A DNA stretch of 22,604 nt from Promethearchaeota archaeon (lineage in GTDB: Archaea; Asgardarchaeota; Thorarchaeia; Thorarchaeales; Thorarchaeaceae), in contig WJMJ01000109.1 of NCBI GenBank assembly GCA_014728035.1, forward strand, positions 1 to 22,604, written 5' to 3'. The translations under genes and the position numbers were made by a program. Positions 6,964-15,602 of the stretch are shown in pieces. The notes beneath the pieces are model-generated. The model was given only the letters and a program-made list of their open reading frames with translations. It made no database searches and was not told the origin of the DNA. The first letter of the stretch is position 1. Each line of letters starts with the position of its first letter.

Positions 6964-8742
6964 ATGTCCGATGAGGAAACCAGACGAATCATAGAAGAAG
7001 CCACCAATGAATCGTTGCGGGAATCATTCACCGCAGCTGGTAGAAAATTTGAAGAAGCAGCTGAATTACTTGAACAAAAAGGCGATTATGACCAAGCCAC
7101 GAAAGTTTTTGCTCAAGCTGGTGAAGCCTATGAAAAGGCTGCATCACGTTATCGAGAATCCAAGAGTTTCAAGAATGCAGCTCTCAATATGTGTATGGCT
7201 GGCGATGTTTATTCAGAAATTGCTGAACCTGCAAAGGCAATACAATCTTATGAGCAAGCAGCTGAAGATCTGATTGGTGCATCAGGTGAATATTTGATGT
7301 GGGGTGAAGATTCAGAAACTGCAAAAGGAACCGCATTAGCTGTTCTATCCAGTATGATCTACCTTATGATTGGCAAAGAAGCTGAAGCATTTTACAAAGC
7401 ACGAACTTTTGCTGCTGAAAATGCATCAAAACTCAGGTTCCCGGGTGTTATCCGTCTAAGTCAAATTCCACAGATGCTTGAAAGTGCTTTGCAGTCACTT
7501 GATCTTGAAGCTTTTGCTAATGCTGAAACAGCTGCTGTAACAGAATTGAAATCAGCTCTAGCAAATGCCAAAGCCCAAGACTTTGTAAAATATGTAGACA
7601 AGGGTCTTGATATGGTCCGGCAGATGCTCCGTTCAAAATTGAAAGTACCAAAGATTTCTGCTACATTGGATTTACCCGTTGACATGACATTTTCTGAACA
7701 GTTTCCTCTTAAGGTTATTATCAAGAATACTGGTGAAGGTGAAGCACTTTCTCCCAAAGCATCATGGGAATTAGATGAAGACTTGGTTATCGTTTCTGGC
7801 GAGAAAGACAAGTCGATGCCTATACTGCCTGCAGGAGAAACAATGGTGATGGAGCTTATTGCCAAGGCTGGACAAGAGCTTGAAGGTATGAAGGAATATT
7901 CTGTAATGGTTAGAGGTTCATATCAAGACAAGCTAAAGACCGAGTATTCTCTTCAGGCAGGACCCGGAACTCTTGTTCTTAAAGATTTCAAAGAGTCCGA
8001 AAAATTACTTCACGACCTAGATATAACTGGTGGACGCGTAGGATTACTTTCATCATCAATTGATGAGTCTGAACTAGAGAAAGAGCCGTTGATTCGGATA
8101 GCTAGTGGTCTTCAGAATATTCTCCAAAAAGCAAGAAAAGAGATAGAATCTTCTGAAATCGAGACTGGAAAAGCTAGAATCAAAGTAGTCAATGAAACTG
8201 TAGACCTGATGGATGAGGTTGTAGGTGATGATTCACTTGGTGATAAATTACAAATCGCACGTGAAACCTCAAAGAAGGAATATGCCTTGTCCAATATCAT
8301 TCCTCTAAAAGAAAAGATTCATGAAGCTATTGCTCAGGCACAGACCTCTTTGGATGGTATGATTTCAGAATCAATTAGAGAGTGGGATGCTCGAGCTGAG
8401 AAGAAGAAAAGTTTGGCTGAAAAGGTTTCAGGAGCTCAGTCTAAAGCTAGGGAGATAGTTGGGACCTTAGAGGAAATCCACAAGAAAATACCAAAAGCTT
8501 CAGATACAACAGACCCAGAGCTTGCCACACTACGAACAAAGATTAGGACTTCACTTGATCAAGCGATTTCTCATCTTCGAGACCTCAAATCAACTATTGA
8601 AAGTGTAGCTGAAGATGATGTCCTGAATATTGGCGAGAGACCTACTACTCCTGAGAAAGTGAAGGTAGCTAGGGACTCTCTTGAAAAGGTGAAATCCGAA
8701 ATTAATACAATCCTAGAAACAAAGAAGTCCGAGCTTGAATAG
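6964..8742 (+). CDS. Multidomain protein: alpha-SNAP/TPR-like solenoid, CARDB/Ig-like beta-sandwich, and coiled-coil/helical bundle
   Basis: GGAGGT RBS at 6949-6954. The N-terminus has SNAP/TPR-type 'A...FEEAAE....GDYDQA...F.QAGEAYEKAA..Y...KSFKNAA....AGDVY.......AIQSYEQAA' helical repeats. The middle has the CARDB-like 'F.LKVIIKNTGEGEA...LPAGET......YSV.VRGSYQD'. The C-terminus is heptad-rich. No TM helix. Confidence 0.7.
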   Translation: MSDEETRRIIEEATNESLRESFTAAGRKFEEAAELLEQKGDYDQATKVFAQAGEAYEKAASRYRESKSFKNAALNMCMAGDVYSEIAEPAKAIQSYEQAAEDLIGASGEYLMWGEDSETAKGTALAVLSSMIYLMIGKEAEAFYKARTFAAENASKLRFPGVIRLSQIPQMLESALQSLDLEAFANAETAAVTELKSALANAKAQDFVKYVDKGLDMVRQMLRSKLKVPKISATLDLPVDMTFSEQFPLKVIIKNTGEGEALSPKASWELDEDLVIVSGEKDKSMPILPAGETMVMELIAKAGQELEGMKEYSVMVRGSYQDKLKTEYSLQAGPGTLVLKDFKESEKLLHDLDITGGRVGLLSSSIDESELEKEPLIRIASGLQNILQKARKEIESSEIETGKARIKVVNETVDLMDEVVGDDSLGDKLQIARETSKKEYALSNIIPLKEKIHEAIAQAQTSLDGMISESIREWDARAEKKKSLAEKVSGAQSKAREIVGTLEEIHKKIPKASDTTDPELATLRTKIRTSLDQAISHLRDLKSTIESVAEDDVLNIGERPTTPEKVKVARDSLEKVKSEINTILETKKSELE

Positions 8743-8743
8743 C

Positions 8744-9949
8744 TCAGACTCTCTTTTTCTCCATGAACCGTTCAAGTCGGTTCATGGCCTCTTCTATCAT
8801 ATCTGGTGGTGGTAAGAAGACACTCCGGAAGTGACTCGCACCATATGTTTTGCAGAAACCTGAACCTGGAACAAATACCACACCAGTATTATTCAACACA
8901 TCTAAAACAAATTCAGTATCGTCATTCCATCTCTCTTTCAATTCAATTCTAGGCATGATATAGAATGCAGCTTGGGGAAGACGTGTTGAAATCGAGTCTA
9001 TCTCATTTAGTCTCTTGTAAATGAGGTCTCTACGAACTCGAAGTTTTTTCATCATACCGGGTAGATGTGCACCGTCACTTCTTAGAGCAGCTGCTGCCGC
9101 CATCTGAGCAGGTGCGTTAGTGCATATCCTAATTCGAGATTGTCGAACCATTGCGTCCCTAAGTGGTTCTAATTCTCCTTTCTGATCATGGAAATAGACA
9201 TAGCCAATTCTCCACCCTGGTGCAATGTACACCTTACTTATCCCATTAAAACCTACTACAGGGATGTCTTTTGCAACTTTAACCATTGGAGTTTGATCTT
9301 TGTCATACGTTAGTTGATCATATATCTCATCGGTTATCAATGGGAGCTCGAATTCTCCTGCAATATCTGCAATTTGTTTCAGGATTTTCTCATCATATAC
9401 TGCACCCGTTGGATTATTTGGATTGATAACAAGAATTCCAACTGTCTTATCTGTTATCTTTTTTCTCAAATCCTCCACATCCGGTCCCCAATCTTCCTCT
9501 TCAATTGTGCGATAAGTAACTGGACGACCTCCAAAGAAGTTGATATATGATATATAGGGGGGGTATGCTGGACCCGGAACCAAAAACTCTGAATCATTAC
9601 TTACTATAGCCCCTGCAAGAAATTGAATTGCTTCTGAAACACCAGTTGTTATAATTATGCGATCTGGGTCCACATAGATGTCATTTACAATCCTTTCTTT
9701 TTCTGCAGCTGCTTGACGGGTTTCATCCAATCCTTCTGACGGGGAATACCCGTTTATTCCTTGTTGAGCTGCTTCGCATAGAGCAGAAATCATAAAATCT
9801 GGAGTACTCCAATCGTATTTGTTGGGGTCTCCGATATTTAGATAGAGTGGTGATTCTCCTTTCTCTCTCTGATACCTTTTAGCAGCAACAACAATGTCTC
9901 TGATAGCATATCTGAGATCAGCTGCTCTACTAGTTATTGGTAATTTCAT
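8744..9949 (-). CDS. PLP-dependent aminotransferase class I/II, alanine aminotransferase (AlaA/AlaT)-like
   Basis: LRYAIRD, LNIGDP, GYSPSEG, ITTGVSEAI, INPNNPTGAVY, DEIYD, NGISKVY..PGWRIGY (PLP Lys), VPGSGF...HFR. ATG 9949 (MKLPITSR) is preferred as the start. Confidence 0.92.
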   Translation of the reverse strand: MKLPITSRAADLRYAIRDIVVAAKRYQREKGESPLYLNIGDPNKYDWSTPDFMISALCEAAQQGINGYSPSEGLDETRQAAAEKERIVNDIYVDPDRIIITTGVSEAIQFLAGAIVSNDSEFLVPGPAYPPYISYINFFGGRPVTYRTIEEEDWGPDVEDLRKKITDKTVGILVINPNNPTGAVYDEKILKQIADIAGEFELPLITDEIYDQLTYDKDQTPMVKVAKDIPVVGFNGISKVYIAPGWRIGYVYFHDQKGELEPLRDAMVRQSRIRICTNAPAQMAAAAALRSDGAHLPGMMKKLRVRRDLIYKRLNEIDSISTRLPQAAFYIMPRIELKERWNDDTEFVLDVLNNTGVVFVPGSGFCKTYGASHFRSVFLPPPDMIEEAMNRLERFMEKKRV

Positions 9950-10037
9950 ACGTATGACCAAGGGATGGTCGGGCAAATCAACTATTTACGGTTTGTGGAA
10001 TCAAATAAAATTGGAGAAATAGAATAGGAGAAACAAT

Positions 10038-10427
10038 CTATTTACCTAGAAGTGCTCCTACTTCTCTAGCATATTTTCTCATCTGGGTTACTGCAAGACC
10101 CATTGAGGTCAAATCTCTTGCTGCTCCCATAAGCAGGAACTCTCCCGCTTGCGAAAGCACAGCAAATCCTCGTTTGCCTCTTACGGTAACTTCGAATAAT
10201 TCATCTAGGTCAAGTCGTCCAGCAGCCATTTCTCCTGTCGCTAATAGTGCAGCACTTACCGCAGCCATAAGGTCTGGGTCAGTATCTGAATCTTCCGTTG
10301 CAAAATATGCGAGTTTAACACCCTGTTTTGTGATTACAGCAATAGCATCCAAATCTGCATAATTTGTCAGACCCATTAGAAGTTCAACTAATTCACGTTC
10401 TTTCTGGGGATCTAATTGTGATGACAT
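10038..10427 (-). CDS. Roadblock/LC7 (MglB-like) domain protein
   Basis: 129 aa with the roadblock pattern 'L..L......AIAVITKQG..LA........D.MAAVSAALLA.GE.....L....L.EV.VRG..G........GE.LL......MGL'. GGAG-rich RBS upstream. Confidence 0.9.
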   Translation of the reverse strand: MSSQLDPQKERELVELLMGLTNYADLDAIAVITKQGVKLAYFATEDSDTDPDLMAAVSAALLATGEMAAGRLDLDELFEVTVRGKRGFAVLSQAGEFLLMGAARDLTSMGLAVTQMRKYAREVGALLGK

Positions 10428-10458
10428 CTCCTTCTCTCCTCAAGAATATATCGTAGTC

Positions 10459-11406
10459 TTATTTGGCTACGAGTTTCTTCTTATCGCTTTTTCCTTCTTC
10501 TTCTCCTTCCAATGAAGCATCGTCAACTTCAGAACGGAAGAAGGTAATGAGGTCTCCAAGCCGTTCCTTCATTTCTTGCTTGATTGGGCTTAATATAGCA
10601 TCAGGAGTTCCCTTTAAAAGTTCAATTCCAAGAACTCGACCATCTTTTACGATTACACGTGGTACGAATCCTTCTGCCATAAATGTTCCCTCTGGTGGGT
10701 CTTTGACCTTTTCGAACTTGTGTTCTATTTTGGTTTGGCCAAAAACTGAGATAGTATGTTCTGCCACAGTAAATAGCTCGTTGTATACGATTAGCAGCTC
10801 TCGCCTGTATCCTTCAGGTGGATCAGTTTCCTCTAGTTCTTTGATCATTGATTGAATTTCTGATGATGATACTGAGGTTGTAGATGTTTTTGCAGTTGCA
10901 GCTGAGCTTGATGCGGTCGAAGCTGAGCTTGATGCAGGTGGAGGAGACCTACTCTCTGATTTCGGCACTGGTGGTGCTGTTTTAGCAGAACTTGAAGCTG
11001 CTGATGGTTTTGATTTTGGCTTAGGCTTAGGAGGGGGTGTTGAAGTTTCAGTTTTTTCTGTTTTGGGTTTTGGAGGGGTTCTTGATTCTGGAGGAGTTGG
11101 ATCTCCTGGTTTCAATACTGGTGTAGCTGCAGTCGTACCATCTAAAGCAGTAAAGAATGTGGGAGGCTCCTCGCCTTCATCAAGAGGTCGCACTTTAAAG
11201 TGAAAACCGTACTCTGTACGTAAATTAGTAGCTACTCTCGCACCAATGAATTTCTTTCGCACCCCTGCTTGACTACCTTTCCACAAGTAAATGCTCTTGG
11301 TTTCGTCATCAACTACACAGACAACCTTGGTGGAATCCAAACTGTCCTTATCCATCTCAACTTCTTGAAGTGTACCATCTTCAGATACTTCATAGCCCCG
11401 TACCAT
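10459..11406 (-). CDS. Gelsolin-like domain protein, 1DGelX-type architecture (gelsolin domain, low-complexity linker, C-terminal domain X)
   Basis: The N-terminal 'LDSTKVVCVVDDETKSIYLWKGSQAGVRKKFIGARVATNL...DEGEEPPTFF' matches the gelsolin consensus (L.S.....LD....IY.W.G.......A...A..l....EG.E...F). A P/S/T/A/K linker and a globular 'PPEGYRRELLIV..ELF...PRVIVKDGRVLGIELL' domain follow. Alternative start GTG 11415. Confidence 0.82.
   Translation of the reverse strand: MVRGYEVSEDGTLQEVEMDKDSLDSTKVVCVVDDETKSIYLWKGSQAGVRKKFIGARVATNLRTEYGFHFKVRPLDEGEEPPTFFTALDGTTAATPVLKPGDPTPPESRTPPKPKTEKTETSTPPPKPKPKSKPSAASSSAKTAPPVPKSESRSPPPASSSASTASSSAATAKTSTTSVSSSEIQSMIKELEETDPPEGYRRELLIVYNELFTVAEHTISVFGQTKIEHKFEKVKDPPEGTFMAEGFVPRVIVKDGRVLGIELLKGTPDAILSPIKQEMKERLGDLITFFRSEVDDASLEGEEEGKSDKKKLVAK
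10900..10935. repeat. 15-bp direct repeat with 21-bp period in the gelsolin-protein linker
   Basis: AGCTGAGCTTGATGC at 10900-10914 and 10921-10935, encoding ASSSAST/ASSSAAT. Confidence 0.8.
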
Positions 11407-11689
11407 TTCAATCACTACGTATTATCTTGTCCCTTGAACCAATCTTTTCATAGGTTAGATATTTCTAAATCATGAAACATCATTTACCTTGTCTAGCTGG
11501 TCTGTATATCCAACACCGTTTTATCCCTTATGACGGTATATTTAGCTTTGTGTGTTGGATACCTATTAAATATGATATGATTATGTGTTATAGAGTCCTA
11601 TTCCAAATAAATAAAGAGTGTATCTAGTGTTATTATTTGGCCAAAATACGCTTATCTATTCCTTACATGAATTGGAAGTGGAGAGATCT

Positions 11690-12859
11690 ATGAACGAAAA
11701 TGCAGATGCCATGGCATTCTATGAACAACAAATTTCGGAAACGAAATCTCTAAAGATATGGGAAATAATCCTTGGATTCACTATATCTACTGTTCTCATG
11801 ATTGGATCGACTTGGGGATTAGTCTATCTTCTCTATGTCTTTAATCAGGTAAGCATAGATCTTTCTAGAATTATTCCATACACAACCTGGATGGTGCTAG
11901 GCTCAATAGGTGCTACTCTTGTAGCGGTCCTTGTTGGAATTCTAATTCTTTATTATCCTCGTTCGATTTCACTGCCTTTGAAGATTCATAGTTTTCTCAA
12001 AAGAAAAACAGGCGAATACTTCCTATGTCCAGATGTTTCGAACCAATCACTCTCCAAGATATTTAGAAGATCGTTGTATGGTTCCGTTCTAGTGACTGGA
12101 ATTGCATTAACTATCATGAGTATTGACATGCTTGTGGTTGTAGAATCTGCAGATATCATGATGTTTGGAATTTTCGTTCTCATTCTTTGTACTGCTTTGT
12201 TACCATTAATCTTGATGCAATTCTATTATGCTCCTTGGCTCATTAAGGATGCAGGATTATTCCACCTTGATGTGCGAGATAGGTCACTTAGTAACGTTGG
12301 AGATGATTTAGAAGATATCCTTGAGTTTGTCGCAGGTGTTGATATCGTTTTAGTCTGGTTAGAATTGACTATTAATACGGGATTTTCAGCTCCTTGGATT
12401 CCGGTATTTGTGATACTGGTACCTCTCGGACCCCTTCTTTCTATTGTGATCAACTTCACGCTGATTTTTTCTGTTATTCAGAAACGAGCAAGCTCTAAGG
12501 TCGTTCAACTCTTACTTGAAACGTATAATGTACCTGATATGGTTGAGAATTCTCAATATATCCGAAACCGGGTTTTGGCTCTTGTTGATCGAAGGCTTCT
12601 TGCAGATGATGCTGTGGAGGTCTATGAATCGAAAATTGGTTCCCATATCAGAGGTCCGGACTTGTTGGCATCATTTTCTGACGAATATTCTGAGTTGATT
12701 CTACCTGAATTGCCTAGTGATGAGGACATTGATGGAGTTATCCGAAAAATGCGTGAGCATCATGAATCTGAAATGATAGAATCTTCTGATGTTGGAGCAC
12801 GTCAATTGAAATCTACAAAATCTGAAGATAATGAATTAGAAATGGAACCTGACCAGTAA
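11690..12859 (+). CDS. Hypothetical ~6-TM membrane protein with acidic C-terminal tail
   Basis: ATG 11690 preceded by GGAG. About six hydrophobic segments, a PWLIKDAGL loop and an Asp/Glu-rich tail. No family recognised. Confidence 0.75.
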   Translation: MNENADAMAFYEQQISETKSLKIWEIILGFTISTVLMIGSTWGLVYLLYVFNQVSIDLSRIIPYTTWMVLGSIGATLVAVLVGILILYYPRSISLPLKIHSFLKRKTGEYFLCPDVSNQSLSKIFRRSLYGSVLVTGIALTIMSIDMLVVVESADIMMFGIFVLILCTALLPLILMQFYYAPWLIKDAGLFHLDVRDRSLSNVGDDLEDILEFVAGVDIVLVWLELTINTGFSAPWIPVFVILVPLGPLLSIVINFTLIFSVIQKRASSKVVQLLLETYNVPDMVENSQYIRNRVLALVDRRLLADDAVEVYESKIGSHIRGPDLLASFSDEYSELILPELPSDEDIDGVIRKMREHHESEMIESSDVGARQLKSTKSEDNELEMEPDQ

Positions 12860-12862
12860 TTT

Positions 12863-12887
12863 TTAGAAAGCTATCTATCCTTTCTAA
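12863..12887. terminator. Inverted repeat between convergent stop codons (possible bidirectional terminator)
   Basis: TTAGAAAG(12863-12870)-9 nt-CTTTCTAA(12880-12887), located between stops at 12859 and 12893. Confidence 0.5.
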
Positions 12888-12892
12888 GGATA

Positions 12893-13945
12893 TTATGGCT
12901 CTAGCACTTGTAGTTGCCCTTCTCGAATTTTGAAATATATCTCCTTTCCAATCAATCCCTCGATCATATCCAATTCGTTTTCAACCGAAGCTAAAACTCT
13001 TTGTTCCCCAACTTCTATCACCAATCTTATGTTACCTACTTGGGGTGTTACCGTAACTAATGTTCCTTTTGTCATCTCCGGCTTTTCTGTAATCGATACT
13101 ACTACATCTTCGGGTTTTACTGAAAGAAGGACTTCAGATGTATCAATTTTCCTATCTAATTGGAATTTTAGACCATAGAACTCAATTTCACTTCCTGTTC
13201 TACAAGTAGAAACTACAGAGGCTTTAATGACATTTCCAAATCCAATGAATTTGGCAATAAAGTCACTTGCTGGATGCTCATACAATTCATTTGGAGTCCC
13301 AACCTGAACTACTATGCCATCATTTAGTACAGCAATTCTATCTGAAATTGCGAATGCTTCTTGTTGGCTGTGAGTTACAAATATTGTGGTTATTTTCAGA
13401 CTTTGTTGGATTTTACGTAGTTCAAATTGTAATTTCTCTCGAAGCTGTGGATCTAATGCGGAGAATGGTTCATCTAATAGAAGCAGCTTAGGATTTCGTG
13501 CTAGTGCTCTAGCTAGAGCAACACGTTGAGCTTCTCCTCCACTAATCTCATTGATATTGCGATGTAGCAACGTTTCAATTCCGAGCATTCTTGCTAATTC
13601 TTCTACACGTTTGATAATTCTGGGTCTTGGTTGGTTGGCCATTTCTAATGAGAACGCTATGTTCTGAAACACATTCATATTTGGAAACAGCGCTATTGAT
13701 TGGAATACCATTCCGATGTTCCTATCTCTTGGTGGAATACCTTTTACACTACGATTATCAAAAAGGAGGTCTCCTTCTGTAATTGGAATGAATCCTGCTA
13801 CCATTCGAAGCGTTGTAGTTTTTCCAGAACCACTTGGACCGAGAAGTGTCAATAGTTCTCCTTCTTTTACAGTTAGATTAATGGGTCCAATCCGAGTTCC
13901 ATCATCGAACTCCCTACTAAGGTGCTTAAGTTCTACTTTTACCAT
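12893..13945 (-). CDS. thiQ: ABC transporter ATP-binding subunit (thiamine import, ThiQ role; PotA/FbpC-like with TOBE domain)
   Basis: Walker A GPSGSGKT, Q-loop MVFQ, signature ISGGEAQR, Walker B LLLDEPFSALD, VTH. Abuts the permease gene; thiamine specificity is from context. Confidence 0.85.
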   Translation of the reverse strand: MVKVELKHLSREFDDGTRIGPINLTVKEGELLTLLGPSGSGKTTTLRMVAGFIPITEGDLLFDNRSVKGIPPRDRNIGMVFQSIALFPNMNVFQNIAFSLEMANQPRPRIIKRVEELARMLGIETLLHRNINEISGGEAQRVALARALARNPKLLLLDEPFSALDPQLREKLQFELRKIQQSLKITTIFVTHSQQEAFAISDRIAVLNDGIVVQVGTPNELYEHPASDFIAKFIGFGNVIKASVVSTCRTGSEIEFYGLKFQLDRKIDTSEVLLSVKPEDVVVSITEKPEMTKGTLVTVTPQVGNIRLVIEVGEQRVLASVENELDMIEGLIGKEIYFKIREGQLQVLEP

Positions 13946-15592
13946 TCAGAGCATTCCTCCAGTGTTCTCTGTTGACATGTGCTCGATTATCAGAAATGCA
14001 AAAAAGCAAAATACTACCAGTATTAGCGCAGCTGCTCCAGCTTCTACAAATTTACGTACTCCTAATAATTGATATATAAGAACTGAAAGTGTGATATTTT
14101 GTGGAAGTGCGATAAATAGAGTTGCTGACATCTCTCCAATTGCCATAGCAAATGCAAATACACCACCAACAAGAATTCCCGGGGCCAATAGCGGAAGTTC
14201 TACATAGAATAATTTTTGCAATCGGGATGCTCCTAGTACTTCTGCTTGATCTAATAAATGCTGGTCAATATTTTGCAATGCGATCTCTATTGCTCTAACA
14301 GTGAATGGAAGTCCAATTATTGTTTGAGCTATTATGATAATCACCCAAGGGTTGCTACTGAAACCCAATGGAACAGCAATCATAAGCATAAGGCCGTAAG
14401 CAACTGTAATTGATGATATTCCTAGTGGTAGGAGGGTCATAAGAGACGATAGTGATGGCAGTGATTTCTCTTTGCTTCTCTGAGCATAGGCTAATGGTAA
14501 TCCCAAGATTATTGCCAACAATGTGGCTAGACCACCGTAATATAGACTGTTCAGAAGTGGTATTAGTCCACCTCCTTGACCCATTACAAACAAATTTTCA
14601 AATCCTCGTGTAGTGAAGCTACTTGTGGTCGGATCATAGATTGATGCACGCCCAAGAGATAAGATTGGTCCTGCTATTAGTATTATCAATAGTATCAGAT
14701 AGAGAACAGAAGAGATTCTTTCTTTGGGTGTGAGCTGTCCAATTCTAACTCGTCTAATCGCTCGTGTTTCCCCAGAATTTCTTTGAGTGTTTGTTGTAAG
14801 TCTAACATATGATAAAGCCAAGGCCATGGTGATTATTATCTGAACAAGAACAAGTGTACTAGCTTCACCATAATCGAAATTTCGGAAAGCATTCCAAATC
14901 TGAACTTCCATTGTCATGGTTCCTCTATTTCCTAAAGCCAGTACTATGGGAAATGACATGAAACAGAATAGAAATACCAACATCCCCGAAGCCATAATTG
15001 ATGTTTTAATGTGAGGTAGAAACACATGACGGAACTTCTGCATTTTCGAAGCTCCAAGAATATCCGCACTTTCTTCCAAGTCTGGATTCAGACGTTCCAA
15101 TGATGAGGAAACCATCAATATTACTAGAGGTATATTATAGAAAACGTGTGCTAGAAGAATCCCTGATACTCCATATGCAAGATTGATGATTGATGAGTTG
15201 CTACCTGTAATTAGCATGAAGAATGAATCGAAAAATCCGTAAGGTCCGAACACCTGAATGAATCCTACAACCACAGCAATCGGAGGTAGCACAAAAGGCA
15301 CCACGATTGCTGCTCGAACCAACCATCTTCCTCTGAAATCTATTCTAGCAATAAGAAATGCACCAGGCAATCCCACAACAATTGTGATTATTGTGCTAAT
15401 GAGAGCTTGGATTATTGTAAAGGAAAAAGTCTTCTGCGTAATAGGTGATGTTACCACTGCTAGAAATTCAGTTCCCGATTCTGAAGAGAGTCCCCTAATT
15501 ACAACTGAAATGACTGGATAGACTATGAAAGTTAGTAGTATGATAAATGGAATACCAACTACTATGTACTTCGGAATTTGCTTCCAATCCAT
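13946..15592 (-). CDS. thiP: Thiamine ABC transporter permease (two EAA-loop halves)
   Basis: FT..QA..ST......GLPGA, PFVLP, LAHVFYNIP, LEESADILGAS and DQAEVLGAS EAA loops, F.FCF.SF, GE.SAT. Confidence 0.88.
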   Translation of the reverse strand: MDWKQIPKYIVVGIPFIILLTFIVYPVISVVIRGLSSESGTEFLAVVTSPITQKTFSFTIIQALISTIITIVVGLPGAFLIARIDFRGRWLVRAAIVVPFVLPPIAVVVGFIQVFGPYGFFDSFFMLITGSNSSIINLAYGVSGILLAHVFYNIPLVILMVSSSLERLNPDLEESADILGASKMQKFRHVFLPHIKTSIMASGMLVFLFCFMSFPIVLALGNRGTMTMEVQIWNAFRNFDYGEASTLVLVQIIITMALALSYVRLTTNTQRNSGETRAIRRVRIGQLTPKERISSVLYLILLIILIAGPILSLGRASIYDPTTSSFTTRGFENLFVMGQGGGLIPLLNSLYYGGLATLLAIILGLPLAYAQRSKEKSLPSLSSLMTLLPLGISSITVAYGLMLMIAVPLGFSSNPWVIIIIAQTIIGLPFTVRAIEIALQNIDQHLLDQAEVLGASRLQKLFYVELPLLAPGILVGGVFAFAMAIGEMSATLFIALPQNITLSVLIYQLLGVRKFVEAGAAALILVVFCFFAFLIIEHMSTENTGGML

Positions 15593-15602
15593 TGAATCAC
15601 AT

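Noticed and set aside
10860-11110. CRISPR-like or mobile-element repeats
   Set aside because: Only a two-copy 15-bp repeat within a low-complexity coding linker; no repeat-spacer array, cas gene or transposase seen in the window.
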